Assembly (NCBI RefSeq): GCF_000981445.1
Contig: NC_027219.1
Location: 186,001 to 250,000, forward strand
Source: Babesia bigemina
Lineage: Eukaryota
Length of the DNA stretch: 64,000 nucleotides
Reading direction: 5' to 3'
Position 1 is the stretch's first letter; every line of letters starts with the position of its first letter. Below are positions 1-10,683 of the stretch, in pieces. The position numbers were made by a program, and so were the translations under genes. The notes under the pieces are model-generated. The model searched no databases and was not told the DNA's origin. It saw only the letters and a list, made by a program, of their open reading frames with translations.

Positions 1-4
1 TAGC

Positions 5-1015
5 GTGGATAAGAGGAGTCAAGTTGTTGTGTCTGAATACATCAGCAAGTTGACCAAGGTTCTAAGCCACGCGCTGCAGCAGTTTGCGAGGCCCCTTGCG
101 AACCAAACGTCTGGAAAATCTAATCAAGAGGGTGAATCTGATGAGTCTAAAACGAAAGTGAAATTTGATGATCCAAAGGGGATGCTGGACTCGCTGTTGG
201 ATTTAGCGATACAAAGTATCAATAGCCAACGGGCAGAGAAGACCTCAAAAGCATGCCGCTCGCTGGCGGTGGCAGTTTTAGTATTCGCCATACAAGTGGA
301 ATCGATGGTCAGTGATGGAGCTCCGGTTCAAACCACTATGGTTATATTGGTTGCACTGTTGTCTATCTGCATGTTTAAGAAGTCTCGACTAAGTACAAGT
401 TTCTTCTTGCAGCTTTGCAATCGCCACCCGAGTGTATTCGCAAGCTTTAACATGGTAAATATTTCTCTGGAATCCAAGGTGGACTTTGTGCAGTCCGAAG
501 TGCTGTCGGTTTGCGCTAGTGCTGTGAGTGCAATCGCAGCAAGCAACAAGGTCAAACCTAAGCGTCTGTGCCGTCGAAAGTGCGGGAAAATTCTCTCGCA
601 AATGGAGCCTGAAATCGATTGGTTATTCCACGGTGCACCGTTTGACAAGGCTAAGATCATATCATTCGTAACTGATAACCTCGTAGCAGATGTGCTTAAA
701 TCTCTACCCGATCTGTTAAGTCGCATGAAAGAAGGCGCAGATATTTCCACGATCGACAGCGAACCACAAGAATCTGGTAAACGGAAGTTGAAGGCGCGGT
801 CTGTTTCTCCGCAGCTTGCAGCGTCGGCCGGGCGACTTGTAACCGTTGTAGTTCGGTCCGACGCCATTAAGCCGGAGCACAAGACAGTTATGCAGAATAT
901 TAAGGGCTCCATGGAGAGTCTTCTGGAAACTCTGCGCGCAGTTAACGTAAAAGAAAAGCAGCTCCAACCGTTGAGTCACGCCCTGTCGCAGCTTTGCGCT
1001 CGATTGGGGGAGTAG
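5..1015 (+). CDS. 3' part (probably last exon) of a gene entering from the left; helical hypothetical protein, weak resemblance to Pol5/MYBBP1A C-terminus
   Basis: 336-codon open frame from the window edge with no clear start; the 'FFLQLCNRHP' segment is the only family hint. Confidence 0.55.
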   Translation: MDKRSQVVVSEYISKLTKVLSHALQQFARPLANQTSGKSNQEGESDESKTKVKFDDPKGMLDSLLDLAIQSINSQRAEKTSKACRSLAVAVLVFAIQVESMVSDGAPVQTTMVILVALLSICMFKKSRLSTSFFLQLCNRHPSVFASFNMVNISLESKVDFVQSEVLSVCASAVSAIAASNKVKPKRLCRRKCGKILSQMEPEIDWLFHGAPFDKAKIISFVTDNLVADVLKSLPDLLSRMKEGADISTIDSEPQESGKRKLKARSVSPQLAASAGRLVTVVVRSDAIKPEHKTVMQNIKGSMESLLETLRAVNVKEKQLQPLSHALSQLCARLGE

Positions 1016-1368
1016 CAGCAGGTTGGCTCCATTGCGACCCTCTCATGAGTACACATCGCAATGTTACTTTCTAGCGACACCGTTATAACGTGAAGTTGAT
1101 AGTCAACACATTCATCGTTGTCTGTTTGTTTCATATTCGCGCGTCGGACGCACGCATGGTCGGCGATGACGTTCGTTGTCCGTTCCGTCGCTAATGCAGC
1201 GGAGTATTGCTCTCAGCTCTGGATGTGTGTGGGCCATGCTGTCATATATTCGCTCCCAGTAGAGTTTTACTCAACCAACGGGTTAGGCTGAGGTGGCTGA
1301 GCCTCGGCACTGAACTTTCGGTGTTTTTCTTCTGATGTCACCCATTCTACTGCGCCATTCAGATCACC

Positions 1369-4300
1369 ATGTTTACAGCTTCGGGATTGTGTTGCGTAGG
1401 TCGTGGAAAATCGGGGGATGATCAGTTAGCCGATTCTGACTTCTTGGATATTGACGATGCTATGCGTGAAGCGGACGACGTCCGTGAGGAATGGCAATGG
1501 CTGAGTATTCGGTGCGAACGTCGTTTAAACGAGCAGTTACACTTCTACCAGCAGGAGATTACGGAACGATGCGATGAGCTGCTGGCGAATGCATCGACGC
1601 CCACGGACCCTTCCGTCTACGGCAGCTATGTTCCGAAACTCATTCGACGGTTCATCCATGGACGCCTGGGCTCTACTAATCCTTCGCCGCGCCATATAGC
1701 AAACTGCTACGCTGTTACAGTCTTCTGTGACGTTAGCGGATTCACAGCTCTGGCGGAGGCTATTGAGAAGTCAGGCGACCCTGAGGCCGCGGCCACGCTT
1801 GGGCGTTCTCTGAACTGCTTTTTCGACCCCCTGATTTGCATTATAAACCGTTGGGGCGGTGATATTATGAAATTCGCAGGGGACGCTGTGCTAGTCGCGT
1901 GGTTCATTAACGAGAACTATGAGACATCCGATTGCGCAGTTGATTTGGAAAACAATGCGGAAGAATCCGAAGAAAATTATATATCACCCATATACAGTTC
2001 GAAACCGCCTAGTGGAGATGTTTGGAGGCAGTGCGCCTTGGCGCTCAGGTGTTGTGAGGAGCTGCATGCCACGCTGCACGAATATCCAACAAACATAGAT
2101 GGGAAGACCTTGGCAATGCATATCGGTGTAGGCTTGGGTGAGGTTGCCATCCTGCACGTAGGTGGTCTGCTGGAGCGTTGGGAATTCGTTATTGCTGGAA
2201 AGCCGCTGGAAGAGATTGCGGTGGCTGAGCCACTGGCATCTAGAGGCCAAACGGTCATGTCTCGATCGGTATACGAGGTGATGCAGTCACACGTAAAAGT
2301 CCAGCCTATCGATGGTCACCCTGACTATTTCCTGTTTACCTCGTTTAACACCGAGCTCGAGGTCGAACCCGACGCCACGGTGCATGAGTCATTCGAGTTC
2401 CCACCGGATTCGGTCACCGAGTTCCGGCACTATATGCCGAGCTACATCTTCCTGAGACTTATCTCGGGATATGGCGTTTTCAACAACGAGATGCGGCGCC
2501 TGTCGACTGTTTTCGTCTGTGTGTCTGGTCTGGACGTCGCTTCTCCATCGGGCAGAGAGACTGCGCAACAACTGATGACCATCTGCCAGCGAGCTACATA
2601 TGCTCTTGAAGGGAGCATAAATAAGTTTCTAGTCGATGACAAAGGTGTTGTCCTGCTAATATTCGTCGGATTTCCGCCGGTTTACCACACCGACGACCCA
2701 GTTCGTTCGGTGTTTGTGGGCCTCAAAATCGTAAACGACTGCTTGAAATTAGGATTGACTCCAGGTGTAGGCATAACCACCGGGTCAGTCTGGTGTGGGA
2801 CTCTGGGTAACGACATCAGACGTGAGTACACTTGCCTGGGTGATTACGTGAACCTGGCGGCTCGGCTTATGTCGAAGGCGGTAACATCCACTGACCACAA
2901 AATTTTGGTCGACGAGGCCACTGCCAACGAAGCTGGTAGTATATTGGAATTCAATGAGCTTGAATCTGTCAAGCTTAAGGGTAAGGAGGTGTGGGTCAAG
3001 GTGTTTAGTCCAACGGGCAAGGTTCGGCAGCTCGACCTGCAATCTTTGGAGGAGTGCACGCCACTGGAGACGTGGAAGCGATGGGAGGCATACAATACCG
3101 TGAAGAAACGCTTGTCGGGAAGCGGATTACTCGAGCACGGCGGTGTTATGCTCATTAACGGGCACAGCGGATGCGGAACCATAGATCTGCAATCAGCCAT
3201 CACGCGGTTAGTTAAGCGCCAGGGCTACTCCAACTGCTTCTCCGTCAGCACCATGAAGGATGACTCATCAGCCATATCCATTGCGTCGGACTCACATCTC
3301 GCGTGGCGCAATCTGTGTAGCGGGTTGGTCTCGACGTGGGCCGCAAGCTCGTCTCGTAAGGCGATGATGGGAGTATACCACTCCAAGTATCAGCACATGC
3401 AGTCGGAAAACTGCGTATCTAAAAAGGCTGTGTCAGATGTTGTCAAAGAGCTCCTGGACCCATCATTGCATTGGCGTCTTGGGTCGCTGAAGCCACTGGT
3501 GCTGGGATTGGAAGTGGAGCCTCTGCGTAACGTGGTCGGGCATCGTCTCACTCCGCGCTCCCAACCCAACTCCAGAATTCCTGGCCTGATGCAGGGCTTG
3601 TTAAGCGAAAATGTTGATACGAACGTGGAATCTAAAACAGGCCCGCGCGGTAACGATGTGAATCGCTCTGCGCAGAACACCAGCACCTGCGATACGACGC
3701 TGCTTGATCAGCGCATTGTGCAGGAATCCACCGCTCCATTCGTCACTTCCATGGTAGATGGATTTACCATGAGTGAAGGCTTGTGCGTAATATTGAACAT
3801 TCGTCTTGGCAGTTCGGTATACGCAACAATGGAGGACGATTCATGGGAGACTGTGTGCTCATTGACGCGTTTGGCCACAGAGCGACGGGAGGCACGCATG
3901 GCAGGCGCTACAAATTCCAAGCCGTTTCTCTTCATAGTAGTTTCATGCCCTCAACACGTCTTTTTACGTTGGCACGACGAAATAGTACAGCATGCCGAAA
4001 AGTGCGACGCTCGAATAAAGCTTTCAAAACTGTCAAGATCGCAACTTACTGATTTCGTGGCGCATACATTACAACTTGAAGGAGCTGCTTCGGTTCCAGA
4101 TGAGCTTGTAGACCACCTTTACCGCAACACTTCGGGCATGGCGCGATTTGTATACAAGACGCTCCAGGAGCTGGTGGAATCTAAAGCAGTCATTTTGGAG
4201 GACGTAGAATTTTCCACGTCTGCTTCGTCGGAAGTTGAGGAGGAGTCAACCCCTTCAAATTCTCGAGCCATGCTAAGAAGTCAAATTATGGACTTTTTCC

Positions 4301-4767
4301 ACATACCGCGTCGGCGCGGCGCGGGTATAGGCGGTTTGCAGCAGATACGCGAGCTTGGCGTGTCTTTCGAAGAAACTCCGAAACACCGAAAGCGTTTGGT
4401 TGGCCTAAATCTGCCGACAGATGGGCTTATTGATGAGATTCTTTCGTTTGCAATGAGTCTTGTAGATCGGCTTCAGCCTGATGAACTCTTTGTTGCCAAG
4501 GTTGCCTGTGTGGTGCGCTCACCGTTCGTGCGACAAGATCTGCTGGTTAATAACCCTCAGAACTTCTCCGAGGAGTACTTCGATTCCATCTTGCGGAGCC
4601 TGCTTGCTAACGAGATTTTGGAATCGGTGTCTAACATGCCCATTGCCGAAGCCATGGCGCCTAACGTGGAACTCCGACTTTGCAGCAGCGCAATTGCAAA
4701 GGTATTATCTCAACGCATAATGGAAGATGAACGTGCGTGGTTTGCCAGCCAATTCGTTGTTGCTTAG
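1369..4767 (+). CDS. Soluble-type (sAC-like) adenylyl cyclase, apicomplexan AC-beta, with degenerate C-terminal P-loop/STAND-like region
   Basis: Two class III cyclase domains: FCDVSGFT, GGDIMKFAGD, MHIGVGLG, INKFLVDDKG, GVGITTG, RREYTCLGDYVNLAARLM; no TM segments. Confidence 0.93.
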   Translation: MFTASGLCCVGRGKSGDDQLADSDFLDIDDAMREADDVREEWQWLSIRCERRLNEQLHFYQQEITERCDELLANASTPTDPSVYGSYVPKLIRRFIHGRLGSTNPSPRHIANCYAVTVFCDVSGFTALAEAIEKSGDPEAAATLGRSLNCFFDPLICIINRWGGDIMKFAGDAVLVAWFINENYETSDCAVDLENNAEESEENYISPIYSSKPPSGDVWRQCALALRCCEELHATLHEYPTNIDGKTLAMHIGVGLGEVAILHVGGLLERWEFVIAGKPLEEIAVAEPLASRGQTVMSRSVYEVMQSHVKVQPIDGHPDYFLFTSFNTELEVEPDATVHESFEFPPDSVTEFRHYMPSYIFLRLISGYGVFNNEMRRLSTVFVCVSGLDVASPSGRETAQQLMTICQRATYALEGSINKFLVDDKGVVLLIFVGFPPVYHTDDPVRSVFVGLKIVNDCLKLGLTPGVGITTGSVWCGTLGNDIRREYTCLGDYVNLAARLMSKAVTSTDHKILVDEATANEAGSILEFNELESVKLKGKEVWVKVFSPTGKVRQLDLQSLEECTPLETWKRWEAYNTVKKRLSGSGLLEHGGVMLINGHSGCGTIDLQSAITRLVKRQGYSNCFSVSTMKDDSSAISIASDSHLAWRNLCSGLVSTWAASSSRKAMMGVYHSKYQHMQSENCVSKKAVSDVVKELLDPSLHWRLGSLKPLVLGLEVEPLRNVVGHRLTPRSQPNSRIPGLMQGLLSENVDTNVESKTGPRGNDVNRSAQNTSTCDTTLLDQRIVQESTAPFVTSMVDGFTMSEGLCVILNIRLGSSVYATMEDDSWETVCSLTRLATERREARMAGATNSKPFLFIVVSCPQHVFLRWHDEIVQHAEKCDARIKLSKLSRSQLTDFVAHTLQLEGAASVPDELVDHLYRNTSGMARFVYKTLQELVESKAVILEDVEFSTSASSEVEEESTPSNSRAMLRSQIMDFFHIPRRRGAGIGGLQQIRELGVSFEETPKHRKRLVGLNLPTDGLIDEILSFAMSLVDRLQPDELFVAKVACVVRSPFVRQDLLVNNPQNFSEEYFDSILRSLLANEILESVSNMPIAEAMAPNVELRLCSSAIAKVLSQRIMEDERAWFASQFVVA

Positions 4768-5007
4768 CAGTGTATTTGCCTCCCCCGGGTGGCACGGGTC
4801 GCTGTTCGCCAACGTATAACTGTTGCGTGTAAAGTAATTGCCTCATTAGAATAGTTTTTACGAAGTTGTTGAAATTATAACTTGCTTGGTGTCTGTTTTG
4901 CACTAGCAACAGTGCCATTAACAGAAGCTCAACTTCCGCAACGACGACCAGTTGGCATCTATACCGCTCTCGAAGCCTATCCTCGCACGATACGATGTAC
5001 CAATCCA

Positions 5008-5462
5008 CTATCTGCTGGCGGAGAGGGGTGCAGATGTGGCGTTTTTCTTATGCCTCCTTAGACATAAGACCTGTGGGTTAGGCCTACGAGGCGGCATGAA
5101 CAGATTACATGTCGACTCACGGATAAATGTAATAATGTGACCACCCGGGCGTCTGACGAATACCCAGGATATCTGTGATGAACTTTTCGTCCACGAAAGC
5201 GTTGTCGTTGCCGATGAGTGCCGCTCGGTAGATCTTGTACTGCTGCCACGACTAAACGTCCTTGGTCACCAGCTCACCTCTTGCGTGAGCGTAACGTGCC
5301 TTCACGTGTATGTTATACGAATAGTTCCACTCACTTGTACTCGTATACAGCGTCAAAGTAGTGTGCAGAGTGCACCTCCCCTCCTTGCGCAAAGGAACGG
5401 GCAGAGCGAAGGCGATATTCCCAATGAGTTAGGGATTCATAATTTGGAGCTCGCATAGCCAT
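5008..5462 (-). CDS. CKS1: Cyclin-dependent kinase regulatory subunit (Cks1/Suc1), 4 exons, 115 aa
   Basis: Exons 5462-5335, 5299-5278, 5242-5121, 5083-5008 with GT-AG introns of 35, 35 and 37 nt splice in frame to ...HSAHYFDAVYEYKHVTLT...LGIRQTPGWSHYYIYPPNPQVLCLRR, matching Cks motifs YEYRHV / LGVQQS.GW.HY / P.PHILLFRR. Confidence 0.9.
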
Positions 5463-5719
5463 CTTCGATGGTTTCTGCGACACGGTACGCCATTAATGAG
5501 GCATCGCGAAAGGCGGAGAAAACTCCTGCCGGCGAGATCATTCCTGCTGGATTCCATCGGCTGGCGCGTGTTGGGCCACAGGTTGGCCTTCGTCTATTAG
5601 CAATCCGCGAACGTTATGCTTTGTCTTCTAATCATACAATGATTCTATATGCCATAACACACCCTTAGGAAGATTATAGGATGGCTGTGCGACGTTAAAC
5701 CGGGTAAAGAGTTTTTGTC

Positions 5720-6640
5720 ATGACAACGGGGCACGACGCCTCTTGCTGCATCTGCGGCGAGGCGGCGAAGTATCGATGTCCCGCTTGCCTCAAACAAACA
5801 TGTTGTTTAAAGTGCGTCGCTGCGCATAAGGAACGCTACGAGTGTTCCGGGCGCCCGCAGCCTTCATACGTGCCCATCCAGGAAATGACAGACCAGACAT
5901 TATCGAATGACGTCTCTCTGCTTGATAGGATTTCACGCGTTATCGAATCCACTTCACGTGCGTTTGTGCAGAGGCAGATAGATGCTCACGTTAAGGCTTC
6001 AAAAAGGTGTGTCACTCCTACAGAAAACTATATATTTTTAGAATCAAGACTGCAGCACTCCGAAAATGCTGCGACGATCGGGGGATCATATTGCAGTTGT
6101 GCCCTTCACACCTATCGCGCCATTTACGTAACTATACTTGCTTACGCAAGGGTAACATGTACTGGACGGTTGAATGGTACTTCGCGAAACCAGACATACT
6201 GCTTTTCGAGCGCAGGTAGAGTTAGTTCTGACAATTTAGATGTTACAGAGTGAGTGAGAAGTGTACGATAGCAAAAGCGCTTGAACGAGTGCTTATGCGT
6301 GTCGCTGGCAAGCGCAACACTGCTAACTTGCTGCGCGAGTATTTGGACATCCACAACGTAGTGATCCTTATACGTGACATTGGAGAAATAAACAACAAAT
6401 CAAGATACTTCATGTGTGATACGCATTTTACTTTGCGCGAGAGCATAGAAAAGACTAGAATCCTGGAGGTGAGTTCGTTTACCCGTGTTTCATCCCAACT
6501 GCAACGCAAATCTTAATCATCCACAGTTTCCAAGAATTGATGTTGTACTAAAACGCGATTTGCATCTATACAAAATAGTCGAACGGAGGTCGCAAACGTC
6601 GCCGGAGGATGGAAAAATTGTGGAGGAGCCACATGAGTAA
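5720..6640 (+). CDS. BCD1: zf-HIT protein, box C/D snoRNP assembly factor BCD1/ZNHIT6-like, 4 exons
   Basis: CxICxxxAKYRCPAC...CCLKCVAAHK...C HIT finger; later exon RGIILQLCP...SRH..N...YWTVEW; introns ~6007-6040, 6216-6248, 6469-6526. Confidence 0.8.
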
Positions 6641-7023
6641 TGATGGACCCATGCGCACGGAACGCGTTCAAACAGCGCCTCTCTGCATTTTAGCTCAGTT
6701 GTCTACAGAACGTATGTACTGTCACTCTATACCATTGCTTGCCTTTAACTCGTGACTCACAACACTTCAACAAAGCCTGTAATTCATCGCAACCTCCACT
6801 TTGCTGCTACGTCGCGCCCCCTACGTGCTTAACGTTAGAATTTCGTCAATTACCTTGAGTACCAACATAATAGTCCACAATGGTCAAAATATGTGAAATA
6901 ACGAAGCGAAATGGACACGATTTTTTAATTTTTCACTTTCGAGTTTTATATGGTTTGATGTGACGTACGGCTTGGGTCAGTTTTCGAGATCATCGGAATA
7001 TCACATCATGCTGTAAGTGTGAT

Positions 7024-7464
7024 ATGAGTCATCTACGCCATCCAGTTGCTTTAGTGATCACTGACCCCTACATGCAAGGCTGCGGTGTCACCTACGAATC
7101 AGATGAACTCTTCAAGCCGGAGACACCCAAAATATACGATGCGGACGGACAAGAAATGGGTTGCAAGATCGACATTCAGACCGCTAAAGAAGCGGCTTTC
7201 TACTGCCCAGCACCGTACGTCCTGGACCCACCCAACTGCTTCGACCAGGTCTCCGTGAACGGTGAATTGAAGGACCTTAGCGAAATAAGCAAGTCGTTGG
7301 TACCATCTCGCACTAATCATTTTGTCACACTGAAGTTAAATGGCAACCGTGTCGGACCCGGGGAAAAGCTGCGCCAGTCGCCGCCACTTGAATGCCGCTG
7401 CGTCACCGTCAAAGGCATCGTCCTCTCCACCATCCAAATCGAGAATTACTACTCCAACGAATGA
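7024..7464 (+). pseudogene. 5'-truncated C-terminal s48/45 (6-Cys)-like domain of a Babesia multigene family
   Basis: GCG...GCKID...AFYCP...PPNCF.QV...ECRC cysteine pattern; no signal peptide or upstream domains. Confidence 0.6.
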
Positions 7465-8296
7465 GTATCTCAGATTTGGTAACCCATTTGTCAATCACAG
7501 AGTTTAATTGTCATAGTTCACGTTGGTCGATCTGCTGGTTTGTGTCTTCAGTGAGAGAATTGCTTTGGGTAGAGTGTTGCGATTATAATTGCCAGTCTAA
7601 CGACATATTCTTGTGTTGTCGTAGCTTTTTGTAACTAGCGTGAATGGCCATGGACCCGGTGAAGACCGTACTGTGGAATTACATGTCACCACACCTTAGT
7701 TGGGCATTGTCAACCGCAGGCATTAGGAAGATGCAACTTAGAGGTTTGCATCTCCGTTCGCATTTTAAAACCTTAACAATGCCCTTAACACACGACAAAG
7801 AGCAATACGTGGTACCTAGAATGGGACTTCACTGAAGCCCCCAATTTGGGTGAGCAACTACTGCGGCGGTGCCTGAGCACGTTGGTCGACCGCTGGGAGT
7901 GGGTGGCTATACCGTGTGGATTTCACCCTATATAGGCGAATCTAGGTCATTCTTTGCCTATGTATGAGTTAATCTTCAGTGTGGTGGCATTTATCGTCAA
8001 CATCGTGATAAGCCTCGAGGTCGTAACCCCAAACTGCACCCCCTAGCAGAGCCTTTGAGGGGCGCCACGCAAACATGGCCACCCACTCATTCGTTACCCC
8101 GAGAAAGTTGCAACGAGCGTGCACACAATACAATCTTACGTGAAGCATTGGCATTCCTCTCGCTTCAAATACAGGTGAGTCTATTTTAATACTTATCATG
8201 CTGGCGCAGTAACTAGACGATACATCTGTTGTTAGAGGTGAATACGGCGTGTTTTGAGGGCGGCTAGCTTCAGGAACACGTTTCGAGAGCACACGT
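7390..8296 (+). repeat. Direct repeat copy 1 (near-identical core 7415-8284)
   Basis: Matches 12230-13136 at a constant offset of 4840; one difference seen in the core (7453 T vs 12293 C); diverged ~25-bp and ~12-bp edges. Confidence 0.97.
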
Positions 8297-8393
8297 CGAC
8301 GACAGTCTGTCTTTCGTTTGAACAAAAACCATTTAGCTATACATCCGTGGCCAATTATTTCGCATTATTACGTTTGAATCGGTTGATTGCGAG

Positions 8394-9233
8394 ATGGCGG
8401 ATTCTTCAGTGGACAAGCCAACCCACCTGGCAACGACTGTTTCTTTCGGTAAGGGTGAGGAACGAAATGAAGGTATCTATGGGACATCCGAAGCTAGCAC
8501 ACGAGATAGTGATACAATAGAACATAGGAGCATTAACGAGGACGAAAAGGGTTCACAAGCAGCGTATCAAGGCCGCGCATTCCCGTTACAATGAGCGTAT
8601 GAAGTCCGCCAATTCCCGTCACAAGGAGCGCATGAGGTCCGCCAATTCCCGTCACAAGGAGCGCATGAAGTCCGCCAATTCTGGCCACAAGGAGCGCATG
8701 AGGTCCGCCAATTCCCGTTACAAGGAGCGAATGAAGGCCGCGCATTCCCGTCACAAGAAGCTGTTACAGGCGACATACTCGCGTCAGAAGAAGCTGGTAG
8801 AGGTGGCGGAAAAGATGATTCACGGGCAGCGGGTAGCGGCGCCGGCAAAGATGATTCAGAAGCAGGATATAAAGATAAATGTCGTAAAACTTTGCGTAAA
8901 GTCCGGAAGTCTATCAAAAAGATTTTCCGTCTTGGTAGTGAGTATGACCGCAACTCTAGCAGCACTTCTGAGAGTTGCGGTTGTAGAAATATGGAAGACG
9001 TTATCACTCACACTGCCGACTATGCCAAATACATAACCAAATGTCTCAAGCATATTGAGGAGAATGCAGACCGGCTGATTCATTTTGGACCTCCCCCCAA
9101 AAAGCACCATTCAGAACGTGACAAAAACGACAATGCGCGTGAAGACGTGGAACAGAGTTCAAACGACACGTTTAGTGCAGGCAGTGAGGATGGTACAGAG
9201 GATCTTCCGCCTGAAGAAGACCATAATTCTTAG
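8394..9233 (+). pseudogene. Repeat-containing hydrophilic protein interrupted by one in-frame TGA (8592-8594)
   Basis: ORFs 8394-8594 and 8892-9233 share a frame that is open between them; the TGA sits where sister repeat units have GGA. Confidence 0.7.
8566..8796 (+). repeat. 33-bp tandem repeat, ~7 units
   Basis: Consensus ATGAAGTCCGCCAATTCCCGTCACAAGGAGCGC at 8566, 8599, 8632, 8665, 8698, 8731 and degenerate 8764. Confidence 0.95.
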
Positions 9234-10683
9234 AGTGAAGGAGGCTTGTCAATAGCTCGTTGTACCCGCGGGAATCGCCACGTGAAGGTGGCAGCGTGGG
9301 CATGAACTATGCGACAGCCTGGCTGAAGAAAAGACGGGGACGACGTTCACGCAGTGCTTCCTACCCTCCTTGTGCACTTCACCCTTGCTGTACACGCTTC
9401 CATCCAGTAATAATACGCGCATATCACCTAAGCAGCAACTCGAAAGTAATGTAATACACGAATGCGTTAGTTGATTTGTTTATGCTCTGGTCTGGCGATC
9501 GCTAAAGTCGGCAGCACGACAACGCCTTGTAAGATTCGGTGACGCGTCCGCCAGATGAATGTACGGAATGCGAATGATTGTTTGAGTACCCATGTGATGT
9601 GATATGTCGTGTCTCTTGAGGAATCGATATGAATCTACTGCATCTTAATCCCGCACCGTGGTTCACACAGACCGTTGTTAGACCATTAGCGTGGTATATG
9701 GGTGCGGCGGAAAAGTGGCAGCCTGAGCTGGAAGCATGACATTCAATTGGAATTCAAATGAGCTCACATTGGTATGGGCAAACGATATATGGGAATGTGT
9801 ACATCTGCGGTTCAGGAATCCCGCCGCGGAAGATTGCGTCAAATTTCAAGATTCCCTCAGGCTTTATAGAACGTCGCATAGGAGCTACAATGTTCGACAA
9901 CCAACACCTACTAGTAGAGCCGTACGATTAGTTTACAAACCAACAATCTATTCCCCCAAGAATACACATATGAAGGACGCACATACACACAGCAGTACCA
10001 AAAATAATTGTGCACTAGACTCTGCAGCAACCGACGATCACCGCTGATATGATGCCTGATTTATAGGGAAGGCGACCAACGGTGCCATCGTCTGAAGTTG
10101 TTACATGCCAAGAAACCTTGGGAATCGCAGTTGCCGCAATCACCTAAAGCACAAAACAATTACGATACGCACGTTAGACAGTAGAAGAATCGTCTGACTC
10201 CGTCACCGAATGATTGCGAGGTCGATCAATAGCGGGTAACGCGCGACTCCATACGCGCCGCAACACACCACTCGCAACCAATTGCAACATTGTTGAAATA
10301 TCTACACATTGTTACACATTGATTTAACACACAGAGCTACTGTATACGCCCTTTTTGGCTAAAACTTGTGCACGTCTATCACTCTCGCTTTAAATAGTGC
10401 ATGCCACGCTTATTGTCTAGAACTGGCTGCGATACAGCACTTCGGTCGCCATTGCTTTGCCTAGGTCTGCCTCGTTCGCATTAAGAAGAATTCGCATACC
10501 GTGCTAAAGCGCATATGTATTAGAAGGCAACAACACTTGTCTTGCCCTTCCCCGCTATTAAGACATTACCTGCATTCAGTGTTCCTATTACATACGCGGG
10601 ATCTTCGCGACGCAATTAGTGGATAGACACTAAATTCACACGGTTTTATTACAATAATTGTGTAATTTAGCTAACCCTTCAAA

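Noticed and set aside
8592..8594. Selenocysteine TGA
   Set aside because: Aligns to Gly (GGA) in sister repeats, not Cys; no SECIS recognised
8566..8796. CRISPR-like array
   Set aside because: Units are contiguous with no unique spacers, they are coding, and the genome is eukaryotic with no cas genes
10347..10375. U2 snRNA 5'-like GCCCTTTTTGGCTAA
   Set aside because: Lacks the GTAGTA branch-pairing sequence and the rest of U2
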